Origin: Sedimentisphaerales bacterium
GTDB taxonomy: Bacteria; Planctomycetota; Phycisphaerae; Sedimentisphaerales; Anaerobacaceae
Assembly: GCA_963708075.1 (NCBI GenBank)
Contig: OY970194.1
Location: 2,464,001 to 2,528,000 of the forward strand
Direction: 5' to 3'
DNA length: 64,000 nt
Made by a program: the position numbers and the translations under genes. Under the pieces are notes generated by a model. It ran no database searches, had not been told where the DNA came from, and worked only from the letters and a program-made list of their open reading frames with translations. Shown in pieces: positions 20,561 through 29,784 of the stretch; positions within the stretch are counted from its first letter, which is position 1; each line of letters starts with the position of its first letter.

Positions 20561-21857
20561 TTTGTTTGCTCAGCTCGCTCAGGAGCACCCGCATCTTGGG
20601 GTCGGAGTCCTTCTCTTCCGCGATCTTGTTGCAGGCGTGCATGACGGTGGTGTGGTCCCGCCCGCCGAGGTGGCCGCCGATCTCTTCGAGGCTGTGCCGG
20701 GTCATCTGGCGGGCGAGGTACATGCAGATCTGCCGGGGCATGGTGACGCTCTGGCTGCGGCGTTTGCTCTGCAGGTCCGTGATGCGTACGTCGAAGTGCC
20801 GCGTCACCACGTCGATAATGTCGGTGATCGTGATCCGCCGCGTCGCCAGCCGGATCTGCCCCTCCAGCGCCCGCTGCGCCAATTCCAGGGTGACCGGCTC
20901 CTTCGCGGTGGTGGCCATGGCGTAGATCGTCGTCAGGGCGCCCTCCAGCTCCCGAATGTTCGCCTGGACCTGTCGCGCGATATACTCGGCGACTTCATCG
21001 TCGAGTGGCAAGTCGCGAAGATGAGCCTTGTTCTTGACGATAGCGATTCGCGTCTCATAGCTTGGCGGATCGATGCGCGCCACCAGGCCCCAGTTGAGCC
21101 GGCTCGTCAACCTCGCCTCCAGCGATGGAATCTCCGCCGGCGGGCTGTCGGCGCTCAGGATGATCTGCTTGCCGTTATTGTACAGGGCGTTGAAGGTGTG
21201 GAAGAACTCCTCCTGGCTCTGCTCCCGCTCGCGCAGGAACTGCACGTCGTCGATCACCAGGGCGTCGGCCGTTCGAAACTGGCTGTGGAAATTGCTGATC
21301 GTCCCCTGCTCGATCGCCCGGATGAACCGGTTAACGAACTCCTCGCAACTGAGCAACTGGATCGCCGCCCCGCTGACCCGGTGGCGGACTTCGTGACACA
21401 CCGCGTGCAGCAGATGCGTCTTGCCCAGGCCGGCGCTGCCATACAGGAATAGCGGATTGTACGTCTGCCCCAGCGACTGGCTGACCGCGACGCAACTGGC
21501 GTGGGCAAGCCGATTACTCGGCCCGACAACGAAGTTCTCGAACGTGTAGTCCGGATGCAGCGAGAACCCGGACTCGATGTCACGAGGCGCCCCCCCCGGC
21601 CTCTCGCCGACGACGAACTCCACCGTGACGAGGTGTCCTGTGATCTGCTGGGCGGCGCGGGTGAACGTGGAGCGGCAGTTTTCGTCCAGGAAGTGAACGT
21701 TGGCCTCATCGGGACAGCCAATGCAGATCGAGCCGCCGTCGAAGTGCAGGACGGAGAGCTGGTCGAACCACTTGCGGGCGTTCGCCGGATCCATCGCCCG
21801 CGCGCGTTCGACGACATTGGCAAAGATAGTCTCCACTTCGTGAGCGGGCAACGCCAT
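20544..21857 (-). CDS. dnaA: Chromosomal replication initiator DnaA
   Basis: YTFENFVVGPSN, YNPLFLYGSAGLGKTHL, QEEFFHTFN, NIRELEGAL, RDHTTVMHA. Confidence 0.97.
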   Translation of the reverse strand: MALPAHEVETIFANVVERARAMDPANARKWFDQLSVLHFDGGSICIGCPDEANVHFLDENCRSTFTRAAQQITGHLVTVEFVVGERPGGAPRDIESGFSLHPDYTFENFVVGPSNRLAHASCVAVSQSLGQTYNPLFLYGSAGLGKTHLLHAVCHEVRHRVSGAAIQLLSCEEFVNRFIRAIEQGTISNFHSQFRTADALVIDDVQFLREREQSQEEFFHTFNALYNNGKQIILSADSPPAEIPSLEARLTSRLNWGLVARIDPPSYETRIAIVKNKAHLRDLPLDDEVAEYIARQVQANIRELEGALTTIYAMATTAKEPVTLELAQRALEGQIRLATRRITITDIIDVVTRHFDVRITDLQSKRRSQSVTMPRQICMYLARQMTRHSLEEIGGHLGGRDHTTVMHACNKIAEEKDSDPKMRVLLSELSKQITQAS

Positions 21858-22005
21858 ACTCCTTTTGGGATACGCAAGTCAATCGTCAGAGGAAGGAACC
21901 GTCCTTCTCTGCCGCCCCGGCCCATGCCGACAGGGCACGGACGACGCGCATATCTAACTACCAGCCCGGCCGTTGTCAACCTAATATCCGCCCTCTCCAG
22001 CGGCT

Positions 22006-22065
22006 GGGTGGCAGCGGCAAGCGCAGCCTGCGGAGCTTGCCGATGGCGAATGGGCAAACCATCGG
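22006..22065. repeat. Partial REP doublet (variant B) between dnaA and ftsY
   Basis: GGGTGGCAGCGGCAAGCGCAGCCTGCGGAGCTTGCCGATGG is the reverse complement of 45173-45213; followed by a loop and CCATCGG. Confidence 0.8.
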
Positions 22066-22220
22066 GCTCTCACGCATCCGGTGATTGCGTAGGTGTTTTC
22101 AGCCGGCGTCCTTGCAATTCTGTGAAATGCCGGTACTATCAACGGCGGATTGAGAACAACGCTCAGCGCAGCCTGCACTCGCGTACTGAGTAATACATGA
22201 TTTCTGCGTGGAAAGTGAGT

Positions 22221-23153
22221 ATGGGAATATTCTCGAAGACGACGGAGTATTTGAAGGAGCGGCTGGGCAAGACCCGGACCGCCATCAGCAATTCGCTTTC
22301 ATCGGTCCTGAGCATCGGCCGCAAGATCGATGATGAGCTGCTCGATGAGCTGGAGGAAACGTTGATCCGCGACGATATCGGCGTCGAGACTACGGAGAAA
22401 CTGACCTCAGAGCTGCGCGAGGCCTATCACAGCCGCAAGATCGCCAAGGCCGAAGAAGTCATCCCGTTCCTCAAGGAGCACATGAAGACCTACTGGCCGC
22501 ACAGCGACCGGCAGTTGCGGGTCGCCGAGACCGGGCCGACGGTGGTTCTCGTCGCCGGTGTCAACGGGACCGGCAAGACCACGAGCATCGCCAAGCTGGC
22601 CTACATCTTCAAGCGCAACGGCAAGGACGTGATCGTCGCTGCCTGTGACACGTTCCGGGCAGCCGCCGTCGAGCAGTTGACGATCTGGGCCGAGCGGATC
22701 GGCGTGCAGATCGTCAAGCATCAGGCCGGCAGCGACCCGGCCGCAGTGGCGTTCGACGCCTGCGACGCGGCCCTGGCCCGGGGCGCCGACATCCTGATCC
22801 TCGACACCGCCGGCCGGCTGCACACCAAGAAGGACCTGATGCAGCAGCTCACGAAGATCCGTGACGTGGTCGCCCGCAAGATTCCCGGCTCGCCCCACGA
22901 GGTGCTGCTCGTCCTCGATGCAACCACGGGACAGAACGCGATCTCTCAGGCCAAGCTGTTCACCGAAGCGATCAATGTCACCGGCATCTTCCTCGCCAAG
23001 CTCGACGGCACAGCCCGAGGCGGCATCGTCATCGCCATCAAGGACAAGCTCGACATCCCCGTCAAGTTCGTCGGCCTGGGCGAGAAGCCCGAGGACATCG
23101 CCGAGTTCGACCCGAACATGTTCGTCGAGGCCCTGTTCGAGGGGAATCGCTGA
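22221..23153 (+). CDS. ftsY: Signal recognition particle receptor FtsY
   Basis: GVNGTGKTT, DTFRAAA, DTAGRL, DATTGQN, KLDGTARGG. Confidence 0.97.
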   Translation: MGIFSKTTEYLKERLGKTRTAISNSLSSVLSIGRKIDDELLDELEETLIRDDIGVETTEKLTSELREAYHSRKIAKAEEVIPFLKEHMKTYWPHSDRQLRVAETGPTVVLVAGVNGTGKTTSIAKLAYIFKRNGKDVIVAACDTFRAAAVEQLTIWAERIGVQIVKHQAGSDPAAVAFDACDAALARGADILILDTAGRLHTKKDLMQQLTKIRDVVARKIPGSPHEVLLVLDATTGQNAISQAKLFTEAINVTGIFLAKLDGTARGGIVIAIKDKLDIPVKFVGLGEKPEDIAEFDPNMFVEALFEGNR

Positions 23154-23183
23154 GCAGGACCGACGGCAGAGGGAGGTAATCGT

Positions 23184-24548
23184 ATGAGAGCTGTCATCAA
23201 CAGGGTCTCTGTGCTGTGCATGGCTGTCGCGTTGACGGCATGCTGGGGGACTCGCGCGATAGCGGCTGTCGAACACAAAGAGGGTGAACACTTCAAGCCG
23301 TTCATCTGGCCGTCGCAGCCGCCGGCGGATTGCCCGTTTGAGCCTTCCAAGGACATCGTGGGCATCGCATTCCTGGGCGTCCACAGCGACTATCACTTCG
23401 CCGATACGTGGTATCCGAGTTGGGCCTCCGACGGGAATCTCTATTCGCCGTACACCGATGGGAGCGTGCCGCGGGCAGATGGCCAGCGGGACAACTCCAA
23501 TAGCGGGACAGGTCCGGACGCGGTGACGGGCCAAGCTGTCATGATCGGCGACGATCCGGTCAACCTGAAGGTGATCAGCCTCGGCCTGACGAAAGGCGAT
23601 GCCTCCCCGTACCGGGGCCGCTACCCCTGCGGCAGCCTCGTGTACAACGGCATCTGGTATTACAGCACCTACTGCCTGGCCCCGGATGGCATGGTCCACT
23701 ACGGCAAGGACGCCTTTAACTGGCCCTGGCTGGGGCCGGTCGTCGGCTTTCGCATCTCGAAGGACTTCGGCAAGACGTGGACCGACACGCCGCACACGCC
23801 CGAAAAGCCGCTCTTTGGCGAAACCGGCATGTGGGGCTATCCCGTGAAAATCGGCTCGCCCCACTTCGTCGATTTCGGCAGGAACATGGAGCACTCGCCG
23901 GATGGCAAGGCGTACCTCGTCGCCCACGGCGCCCCCGAGCCCGACCCCAAGCCCCGATTTGGCAACCTGAGTTGGATCAGCGGTGACCAAATCTACCTGC
24001 TTCGCGTCACGCCGAGCGTCGAGAACATCAATGACGCCTCCAAGTACGAGTTTTTCGCCGGCCACGATTCCGTCGGCAAGCCCGTCTGGACAAACGACTT
24101 CGCCAAAATCCAGCCGCTCATCGACTGGAACAACAACTGCGGCTGCGTCACGGCCACCTGGAACGCTCCGCTGAAGAAGTACCTCATGTGCATCACCGAC
24201 GGCTGGCCCACCTGCGCCAGGATGAACTCCTACATCCTCGAATCGGATGCACTCACCGGCCCCTGGCGGCTCGTGACCTACATGAGAGACTTCGGCGAGC
24301 AGGGCTACTTCCTGAACATCCCGACCAAGTTCATCAGCCCCGACGGCCGAACCGCTTGGCTCTGCTACTCCGGGAACTTCGCCAAAGACTGGCGAGGCGC
24401 AGCAATGCAGGAAAAGCCCCCCGGCAGCCACTACGGCCTCGTCCTCCAACAGATCAAGCTCCTCGACGAGAGGGCCCATGTGGAATATGCAAAGCAGGCA
24501 CGCTGTTACAGCAGGTTCGATGTTGTTGGGAGAATTCTCACGCCATGA
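23184..24548 (+). CDS. Secreted hypothetical protein (possible beta-propeller, DUF4185-like)
   Basis: 454 aa with signal peptide; ADTWYPSWASDG, GPWR...GEQGYF; aromatic-rich. Confidence 0.7.
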   Translation: MRAVINRVSVLCMAVALTACWGTRAIAAVEHKEGEHFKPFIWPSQPPADCPFEPSKDIVGIAFLGVHSDYHFADTWYPSWASDGNLYSPYTDGSVPRADGQRDNSNSGTGPDAVTGQAVMIGDDPVNLKVISLGLTKGDASPYRGRYPCGSLVYNGIWYYSTYCLAPDGMVHYGKDAFNWPWLGPVVGFRISKDFGKTWTDTPHTPEKPLFGETGMWGYPVKIGSPHFVDFGRNMEHSPDGKAYLVAHGAPEPDPKPRFGNLSWISGDQIYLLRVTPSVENINDASKYEFFAGHDSVGKPVWTNDFAKIQPLIDWNNNCGCVTATWNAPLKKYLMCITDGWPTCARMNSYILESDALTGPWRLVTYMRDFGEQGYFLNIPTKFISPDGRTAWLCYSGNFAKDWRGAAMQEKPPGSHYGLVLQQIKLLDERAHVEYAKQARCYSRFDVVGRILTP

Positions 24549-25477
24549 AGTTTGAGCTTGATGGCCTACCAGATTACTCGGACGAAGCGCTTCTCGCCGA
24601 GCTTCGGCGGGTCGCGGCCCTTGTCGGCAAAGACAAACTGACGGTCGCTGAATTCTCGAAACGCTCCAAGATAAATGTTGGGACCCTTCGTCGTCGATTC
24701 GGCAGTTGGCCTGGTGCGCTTGACCGGGCCGGGCTCTCCTACCTCTGCAATGTAGTCACTCCAGCAAGGAAGTCACGTACCCTTGCTCGCAAGATGACAA
24801 ATGAGCAGATCATCGAAGAAATTCGTCGCGTCGCGCAAGTCACCAGTCGCCCAAACGTGACCACCGATGATTTGCGCCAGTACGCCTCGATTGGGACAGG
24901 TGCGATTCGCAACCGGTTTGGCTCGCTCAAAGCAGCAATTCGCGCCGCTGGACTGTGTGAGACTGCCCACGGACGTAGATACACTGACGATGAATGCTTC
25001 GAGAACTTGCTGCGCGTTTGGACATACTATGGCCGTCCTCCCATGCACAGGGAGATGAAGCTACCTCCGTCGGAAGTCGGCCCCAAAGCATATATCCAGA
25101 GGTGGGGAACCTGGCGAAAGGCGTTGTATGCCTTTGTGGACCGGGCTAACCATGACACGGGAACCGATGTACAGACAGATGAGGAATCGACGGCGAGAGT
25201 GCATATCAAGACACAAGCATGTGAGCTCTCCAAGAAATCGCGGAAACCGGACTCCGAGGTACGCGAGATCAGACTTGGTTTGCGGTATCAGATCCTCAAA
25301 CGGGATCGTTTCCGCTGCGTCCTCTGCGGTCGTAGCCCAGCCACCGTCTTAGGCTTGGAACTCCATGTGGATCACATCGTTCCCATTTCGCAGGGAGGCA
25401 AGTCCGTGCCAGAAAACTTGAGATCGACATGTAGTGAATGCAACATAGGAAAAGGACCGAAGAGAGAAGGAGGCTGA
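24545..25477 (+). CDS. HNH endonuclease with three N-terminal homing-endonuclease-associated repeats
   Basis: Repeats ending RRFGSWPGAL, NRFGSLKAAI, QRWGTWRKAL; RDRFRCVLCG...LHVDHIVPISQGG...NLRSTCSECN; ATGA overlap with the upstream stop. Confidence 0.9.
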   Translation: MKFELDGLPDYSDEALLAELRRVAALVGKDKLTVAEFSKRSKINVGTLRRRFGSWPGALDRAGLSYLCNVVTPARKSRTLARKMTNEQIIEEIRRVAQVTSRPNVTTDDLRQYASIGTGAIRNRFGSLKAAIRAAGLCETAHGRRYTDDECFENLLRVWTYYGRPPMHREMKLPPSEVGPKAYIQRWGTWRKALYAFVDRANHDTGTDVQTDEESTARVHIKTQACELSKKSRKPDSEVREIRLGLRYQILKRDRFRCVLCGRSPATVLGLELHVDHIVPISQGGKSVPENLRSTCSECNIGKGPKREGG

Positions 25478-25615
25478 CAGAAGTGTCGGTCAGATCCCGC
25501 GGCGGTGCAGCGCAAAACGCGTCCGAGAGTGGGCCGATTGCGCGAGTTGGTTGCCACCCGGTCCGGTTCGTGATAGAATGTGGTAATGTGCCTACAGTCA
25601 AAGGAGAATAGGTCT

Positions 25616-25882
25616 ATGCCGACAATATCGATGTTCTACGGCATTATCATTCGGCTGTACTTCGCGCCGGGCGAACACAATCCGCCGCACTTTCACGCGT
25701 TCTACAACGAGTTCAAAGCATCGGTTGATATTCGCACGGGAGAGGTTATCGAAGGCTCCCTTCCGCCGCGACAACGCAAGCTGGTTCAAGCGTGGGCGGA
25801 ACTGCATCAAGAAGAGTTAATGGCCAATTGGAGTCTGGTGATGAATGGTGACGAACCATTCAAAATCCAGCCCCTTCAATAG
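25616..25882 (+). CDS. DUF4160 family protein (putative type II TA component)
   Basis: MPTISMFYGIII...EHNPPHFHA...WAELHQEELMANW...IQPL. Confidence 0.9.
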   Translation: MPTISMFYGIIIRLYFAPGEHNPPHFHAFYNEFKASVDIRTGEVIEGSLPPRQRKLVQAWAELHQEELMANWSLVMNGDEPFKIQPLQ

Positions 25883-25894
25883 GAGGACCTCGGA

Positions 25895-26140
25895 ATGTAT
25901 CAAGCGGTTGTGAGCGTCCATCCAAACGAAGATTTCTCGCTTACCGTCGCCTTTGAAGACGGCGTACAAGGTGTTCTTGACATGAACCCTTATCTGAATC
26001 TCGGGGTGTTCAAGAAGATCAGAGACTTCGAGCAGTTCAAGCGGGTCCGTATTGCTTTTGACACGGTTGAATGGGAATGTGGCGTGGATCTTGATCCTGA
26101 ATTCATCCGCGCCAAGTGCAAAGTGTTGGAGAAGACATAG
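25895..26140 (+). CDS. DUF2442 family protein (partner of DUF4160)
   Basis: V.SVHPNEDFSL.VAFEDG...TVEWECGVDLDPE; directly after the DUF4160 gene. Confidence 0.88.
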   Translation: MYQAVVSVHPNEDFSLTVAFEDGVQGVLDMNPYLNLGVFKKIRDFEQFKRVRIAFDTVEWECGVDLDPEFIRAKCKVLEKT

Positions 26141-26145
26141 GAGGC

Positions 26146-26289
26146 ATGGACATCACAGAGTACGAGAGATTGCCTGAGGAGGCGGAAGAACTGGAAGCTA
26201 TTCGAGCCTACGACATGGCCAAAGCGTCAGGGGAGGAAGCGATTCCATTCGAGCAAGCCGTCACCGAGATTGAGCAGAACCGAAAATGA
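26146..26289 (+). pseudogene. Short antitoxin-like ORF (47 aa), probable remnant of a RelBE/ParDE-type pair
   Basis: MDITEYERLPEEAEELEAIRAYDMAKASGEEAIPFEQAVTEIEQNRK; stop overlaps ATG of MTYTIT, a RelE-like start that then loses similarity. Confidence 0.55.
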
Positions 26290-26322
26290 CGTATACGATC
26301 ACTCAACGAGAGAGGATTTGCC

Positions 26323-27276
26323 ATGCGCACGGGAGTCTTGATCAGGCGAGTGTTGGCAATGATGCTTTGTGTATGGGCTGCTGGAAGCGATGCAATAGCG
26401 GAGCAAGAGGCTCCGGAGCCGAAGGTGGTGCCGGGGCTGCAGATTGTTCCGCAGGCATATGACCAGGCGTCATTTCAGCGGGATGGGGTGGAGATTACGC
26501 GGTACCATTTCGGGGCGGGGCTGGAGCGGCCGTTTTTGTTTCCGCTGATTGGACCTTCAGGGCGGAGTCTCACGCGGATGGGGCACCCGCGCGATCCGGA
26601 GTCACACAGCCATCACAATTCGGTGTGGCTGTCGCACGTGGACGTGGGTGGCGTGGATTTCTGGAGCGATAAGCGGCTCGGGATTGTGCGGCATAAACGC
26701 GTCGTAAAGTATGAGGATGAGGGCGAGAAGTCCTACGTCGTCGCGGAGAATGAATGGGTCGATAAGGACGGGAAGGTTCTGCTGAACGAAGCTCGGCAGG
26801 TGAGCGTCATGCTGCTGGAGGGCAAGGAATGGCTGCTCATCATCGACTCGACCTTCGCAGCCAAGGACAAGGCCGTCACGCTTGGCAAGACGCCGTTTGG
26901 CTTCATCGGCGTGCGGATGGCCAAGACCATCGGCGTCAACGACGGCGGCGGGCGAATCCGCAACTCCGAAGGCGGCGTCAACGAGAAGGAAGTCTTCTGG
27001 AAGCAGGCCCGCTGGGTGGACTACTCCGGGGCCATCGAAAACGGCAAAATCGAAGGCATCACGCTCTTCGATCATCCCGGCAACCCGAATCACCCATCGA
27101 ATTTCCACGTCCGAAACGACGGCTGGATGGGCGCCTCGTTGAACCTGGAAGGGCCGCGGGAAATCACGCCCGACAAGCCCCTGCACCTGCGCTACGGTCT
27201 CTACATTCACAGTGATATGGAATCCGCGGACGCCATCGAGGGAGTGTGGAAACGGTTCAGCAAAATGGAGGGCTAA
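26323..27276 (+). CDS. Exported protein of the PmoA-like (DUF6807) family
   Basis: Signal peptide; RPFLFPL.GPSG..LTR, HSHHNSVW, ARWVDYSG, GITLFDHPGN, FHVRNDG. Confidence 0.75.
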   Translation: MRTGVLIRRVLAMMLCVWAAGSDAIAEQEAPEPKVVPGLQIVPQAYDQASFQRDGVEITRYHFGAGLERPFLFPLIGPSGRSLTRMGHPRDPESHSHHNSVWLSHVDVGGVDFWSDKRLGIVRHKRVVKYEDEGEKSYVVAENEWVDKDGKVLLNEARQVSVMLLEGKEWLLIIDSTFAAKDKAVTLGKTPFGFIGVRMAKTIGVNDGGGRIRNSEGGVNEKEVFWKQARWVDYSGAIENGKIEGITLFDHPGNPNHPSNFHVRNDGWMGASLNLEGPREITPDKPLHLRYGLYIHSDMESADAIEGVWKRFSKMEG

Positions 27277-27295
27277 GGAAATCCCTTAATGCGGG

Positions 27296-27314
27296 TTCTC
27301 TCACGATTCTCTCA
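27296..27314 (+). promoter_or_regulatory. Direct repeat TTCTCTCA-N3-TTCTCTCA, candidate OmpR-family binding site
   Basis: 11-bp-period direct repeat about 90 bp upstream of the PepSY/two-component operon. Confidence 0.45.
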
Positions 27315-27405
27315 TCTTCACCTTGTTACCATTGGTCAGGAAAGTCGGCTTGACCACGATGGCGGGCCGCAGAACCGATGAACTCTTGCGTAAGGAGATT
27401 CAGAA

Positions 27406-27975
27406 ATGAAGCGCAGATATATGACATTGGTGATCGTGCTGGCGGGTGCAGGCATAGCTCTTTGCATCGGGGCGGTGGCTACTCAGCAACTCGGAGAGGA
27501 CGAGATAAGCGTTTCCATTGACCAGGTGCCCGCCGCTGTCAAGGCGGCCCTGCTCGCGGAGGCCCAGGGCGGCACGATCAACGAAATCGAGATGGAGACT
27601 GAGAACGGCCAAGCCGTCTACGAGGCAGACGTGGTCCTCGACGGCAAGGAAGTTGAGGTCAAAGTAGCGGCTGACGGGACCGTGCTCGGCAAGGAAGCCG
27701 ACGACGAGGATGAGGACGATGATGCAGACGACGCGGACGAGGAAGAGGATGACGAGGGGGACGTCCAGGTGTCGCTGAATGATGTGCCCGAAGCGGTGAA
27801 GGCTACGATTCTGAACGAGGCTGCCGGCGCGGAGATCAAAGAAATCGAGAAGGAAACCGAGAATGGTCAGGTCCTCTATTCCGCTGAGGTGGTCGTCGGC
27901 GGTCAGGAAACTGATATCGAAGTCGCTCCCGATGGGACGCTCCTCGGCAAAGAGGTGGAAGACGAAGACGATTGA
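27406..27975 (+). CDS. Secreted protein with two PepSY-like repeats and acidic linker
   Basis: VPAAVKAAL...EIEMETENGQAVYE and VPEAVKATI...EIEKETENGQVLYS duplicated modules. Confidence 0.85.
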   Translation: MKRRYMTLVIVLAGAGIALCIGAVATQQLGEDEISVSIDQVPAAVKAALLAEAQGGTINEIEMETENGQAVYEADVVLDGKEVEVKVAADGTVLGKEADDEDEDDDADDADEEEDDEGDVQVSLNDVPEAVKATILNEAAGAEIKEIEKETENGQVLYSAEVVVGGQETDIEVAPDGTLLGKEVEDEDD

Positions 27976-28007
27976 TCAACTCACGTTGATCCACCGCATG
28001 GTAGAAT

Positions 28008-28046
28008 ACGCAGGGTGCGCCGTGTATGGCACACCCTGCGTTTCTT
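28008..28046 (+). terminator. Stem-loop / intrinsic terminator after the PepSY gene
   Basis: ACGCAGGGTGCGCC-GTGTAT-GGCACACCCTGCGT followed by TTCTT. Confidence 0.55.
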
Positions 28047-28077
28047 ATGAAATGGACTTGTGAATAGGAGACCCATT

Positions 28078-29070
28078 ATGAGGGGTAAGTCGGCTTGGAT
28101 CCGTGTCATGTTCGTCGCTGTCGGATTGGCCTCAACGCTGATGGTCACAGGTTTGTTGTCTCAGGCCGCGACGCAGGAGAGGAAAGTCCCCGTCCAGCCG
28201 TCGGAACTGCCGGCACCGATCGAGAAAGCCATCCGCGACGCCTTCCCGAAGGGAGAGATCGCTGCAATTGAAAAAGAGGTCGAAGGAGAGAACCCGGGCC
28301 AGTATGACGTGGACATTCGTTCCGATGGAAAAGTGTACGAGGTGGAGATCTCCCCGGAAGGAAAGGTCATTGAGAGCAAGGAAAAAGGGTCCGACGAGGA
28401 GGCTTCAGCCTCGCCCGGAGATAAGAAATGGACGGATGCCTTCGGTCAGGAGAACTGTACGTTCTCTTCGGTCGGCAGCAACCGGTTCTTCATCCTGGTG
28501 CCCGGTCATCAACTCGTACTGCAAGGCCCTGGCGAGAAGGTGACCATCACCGTCACCAAAGAGACAAAGAGAATCGGCAGCGTGGAAACGAGGGTGATCG
28601 AGGAACGAGAGGAAGAGGACGGCAAACTGAAGGAGGTGTCGAGGAATTTCTTCGCCATCTGCAGAGAGCATGGCGATGTGTTCTATTTCGGCGAAGAAGT
28701 GGACGAGTACAAGGATGACAAGCTCGTCGGGCATTCCGGGGCCTGGCGAGCGGATGAGAAGGACTCGAAAGCGGGCATCATGATGCCCGGGACGGTCCTG
28801 CTCGGGGCTCGACATTACCAGGAGATCGCGCCGAACGCGATGGATCGCGCGGAGATCATGGCGGATGACGTGACGATGAAGACTCCGGCGGGCACATTCA
28901 AGGATTGCCTGAGAGTCGAAGAGACCTCCGGCATCGCTCCCGAGAAGGGCTACAAAACGTACGCTCCGGGTGTGGGGCTCATCCAGGACGAAGACCTGCT
29001 CTTGACCGGATATCGTGAGGGGAAATCGCCTCGGGACCAAAAGGCAAAACGAGGCCGCCGGGGCAAATGA
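28078..29070 (+). CDS. Secreted protein with N-terminal PepSY-like domain
   Basis: Signal peptide; LPAPIEKAIRDAFP...YEVEISPEGKVIE; C-terminal TPAGTFKDCL...KTYAPGVGLIQD. Confidence 0.8.
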   Translation: MRGKSAWIRVMFVAVGLASTLMVTGLLSQAATQERKVPVQPSELPAPIEKAIRDAFPKGEIAAIEKEVEGENPGQYDVDIRSDGKVYEVEISPEGKVIESKEKGSDEEASASPGDKKWTDAFGQENCTFSSVGSNRFFILVPGHQLVLQGPGEKVTITVTKETKRIGSVETRVIEEREEEDGKLKEVSRNFFAICREHGDVFYFGEEVDEYKDDKLVGHSGAWRADEKDSKAGIMMPGTVLLGARHYQEIAPNAMDRAEIMADDVTMKTPAGTFKDCLRVEETSGIAPEKGYKTYAPGVGLIQDEDLLLTGYREGKSPRDQKAKRGRRGK

Positions 29071-29110
29071 GGATGAGAATGCTCACTATGTGACACGATT
29101 ACGGTGTGCG

Positions 29111-29784
29111 ATGCATTTGCTCCTCATAGAAGACTATCGACCATTGCGGCAGTCCCTGACGAAGGGTCTGCATGAGGCCGGCTTTGCCGTAGACGCCACA
29201 GGCGACGGCAAGGAGGGGCTCTGGTATGCCACGGGCAACGAGTACGACGTGATTATCCTCGACCTCATGCTGCCCGGGATGGACGGCCTGGAAATCCTCA
29301 AGAGGGTTCGCGATCAGGGCCGGAAGGCCTCTGTCCTGATCCTGACCGCTAGAGACACGGTCCAGGACCGCGTCACAGGTCTGGACCTTGGGGCCGATGA
29401 TTACCTGGTCAAGCCATTCGCATTTGCGGAACTCCTGCGCGCATCCGAGCGTTGCTGCGCCGCAGTTATCAGGAGAAGAGTCCCTCTGTCGAGATCGCCG
29501 ACTTACGGATCGACCTTACCACGCAAAGAGTCTGGCGCGGCTCGGAGGAAATCCAGCTCACGCCCCGAGAGTATGCTCTTCTCGAATATCTGGCCATGCG
29601 CGCCGGCCAAACCGTCTCCCGGACGGATATCTGGGAGCATGTCTACGAGTTCAATTCGTCCGCTTCGAGCAACGTGGTGGATGTGTACGTCGGCTATCTG
29701 CGGAAGAAACTCGGGGAACGGGATAAACCCGTGCTGATTCACACCGTGCGCGGCCGCGGCTATGTGCTGGGAGCCAAATCATGA
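29111..29784 (+). CDS. OmpR-family response regulator; apparent frameshift at 29437
   Basis: LLIED, ILDLMLPGMDG, GADDYLVKPF, then LTPREYALLEYL...NVVDVYVGYLRKKL...IHTVRGRGY in the next frame; one added G gives ELLARIRALLRR. Confidence 0.92.

Noticed and set aside
22407..24479. Long antisense ORFs (also 40648-42387, 49605-51308, 51170-53338)
   Set aside because: Shadow frames opposite well-supported genes, expected in high-GC DNA.
24545..25477. HNH protein as an IscB/Cas9-like RNA-guided nuclease
   Set aside because: No RuvC motifs or PLMP N-terminus, and no upstream non-coding space for a guide RNA.
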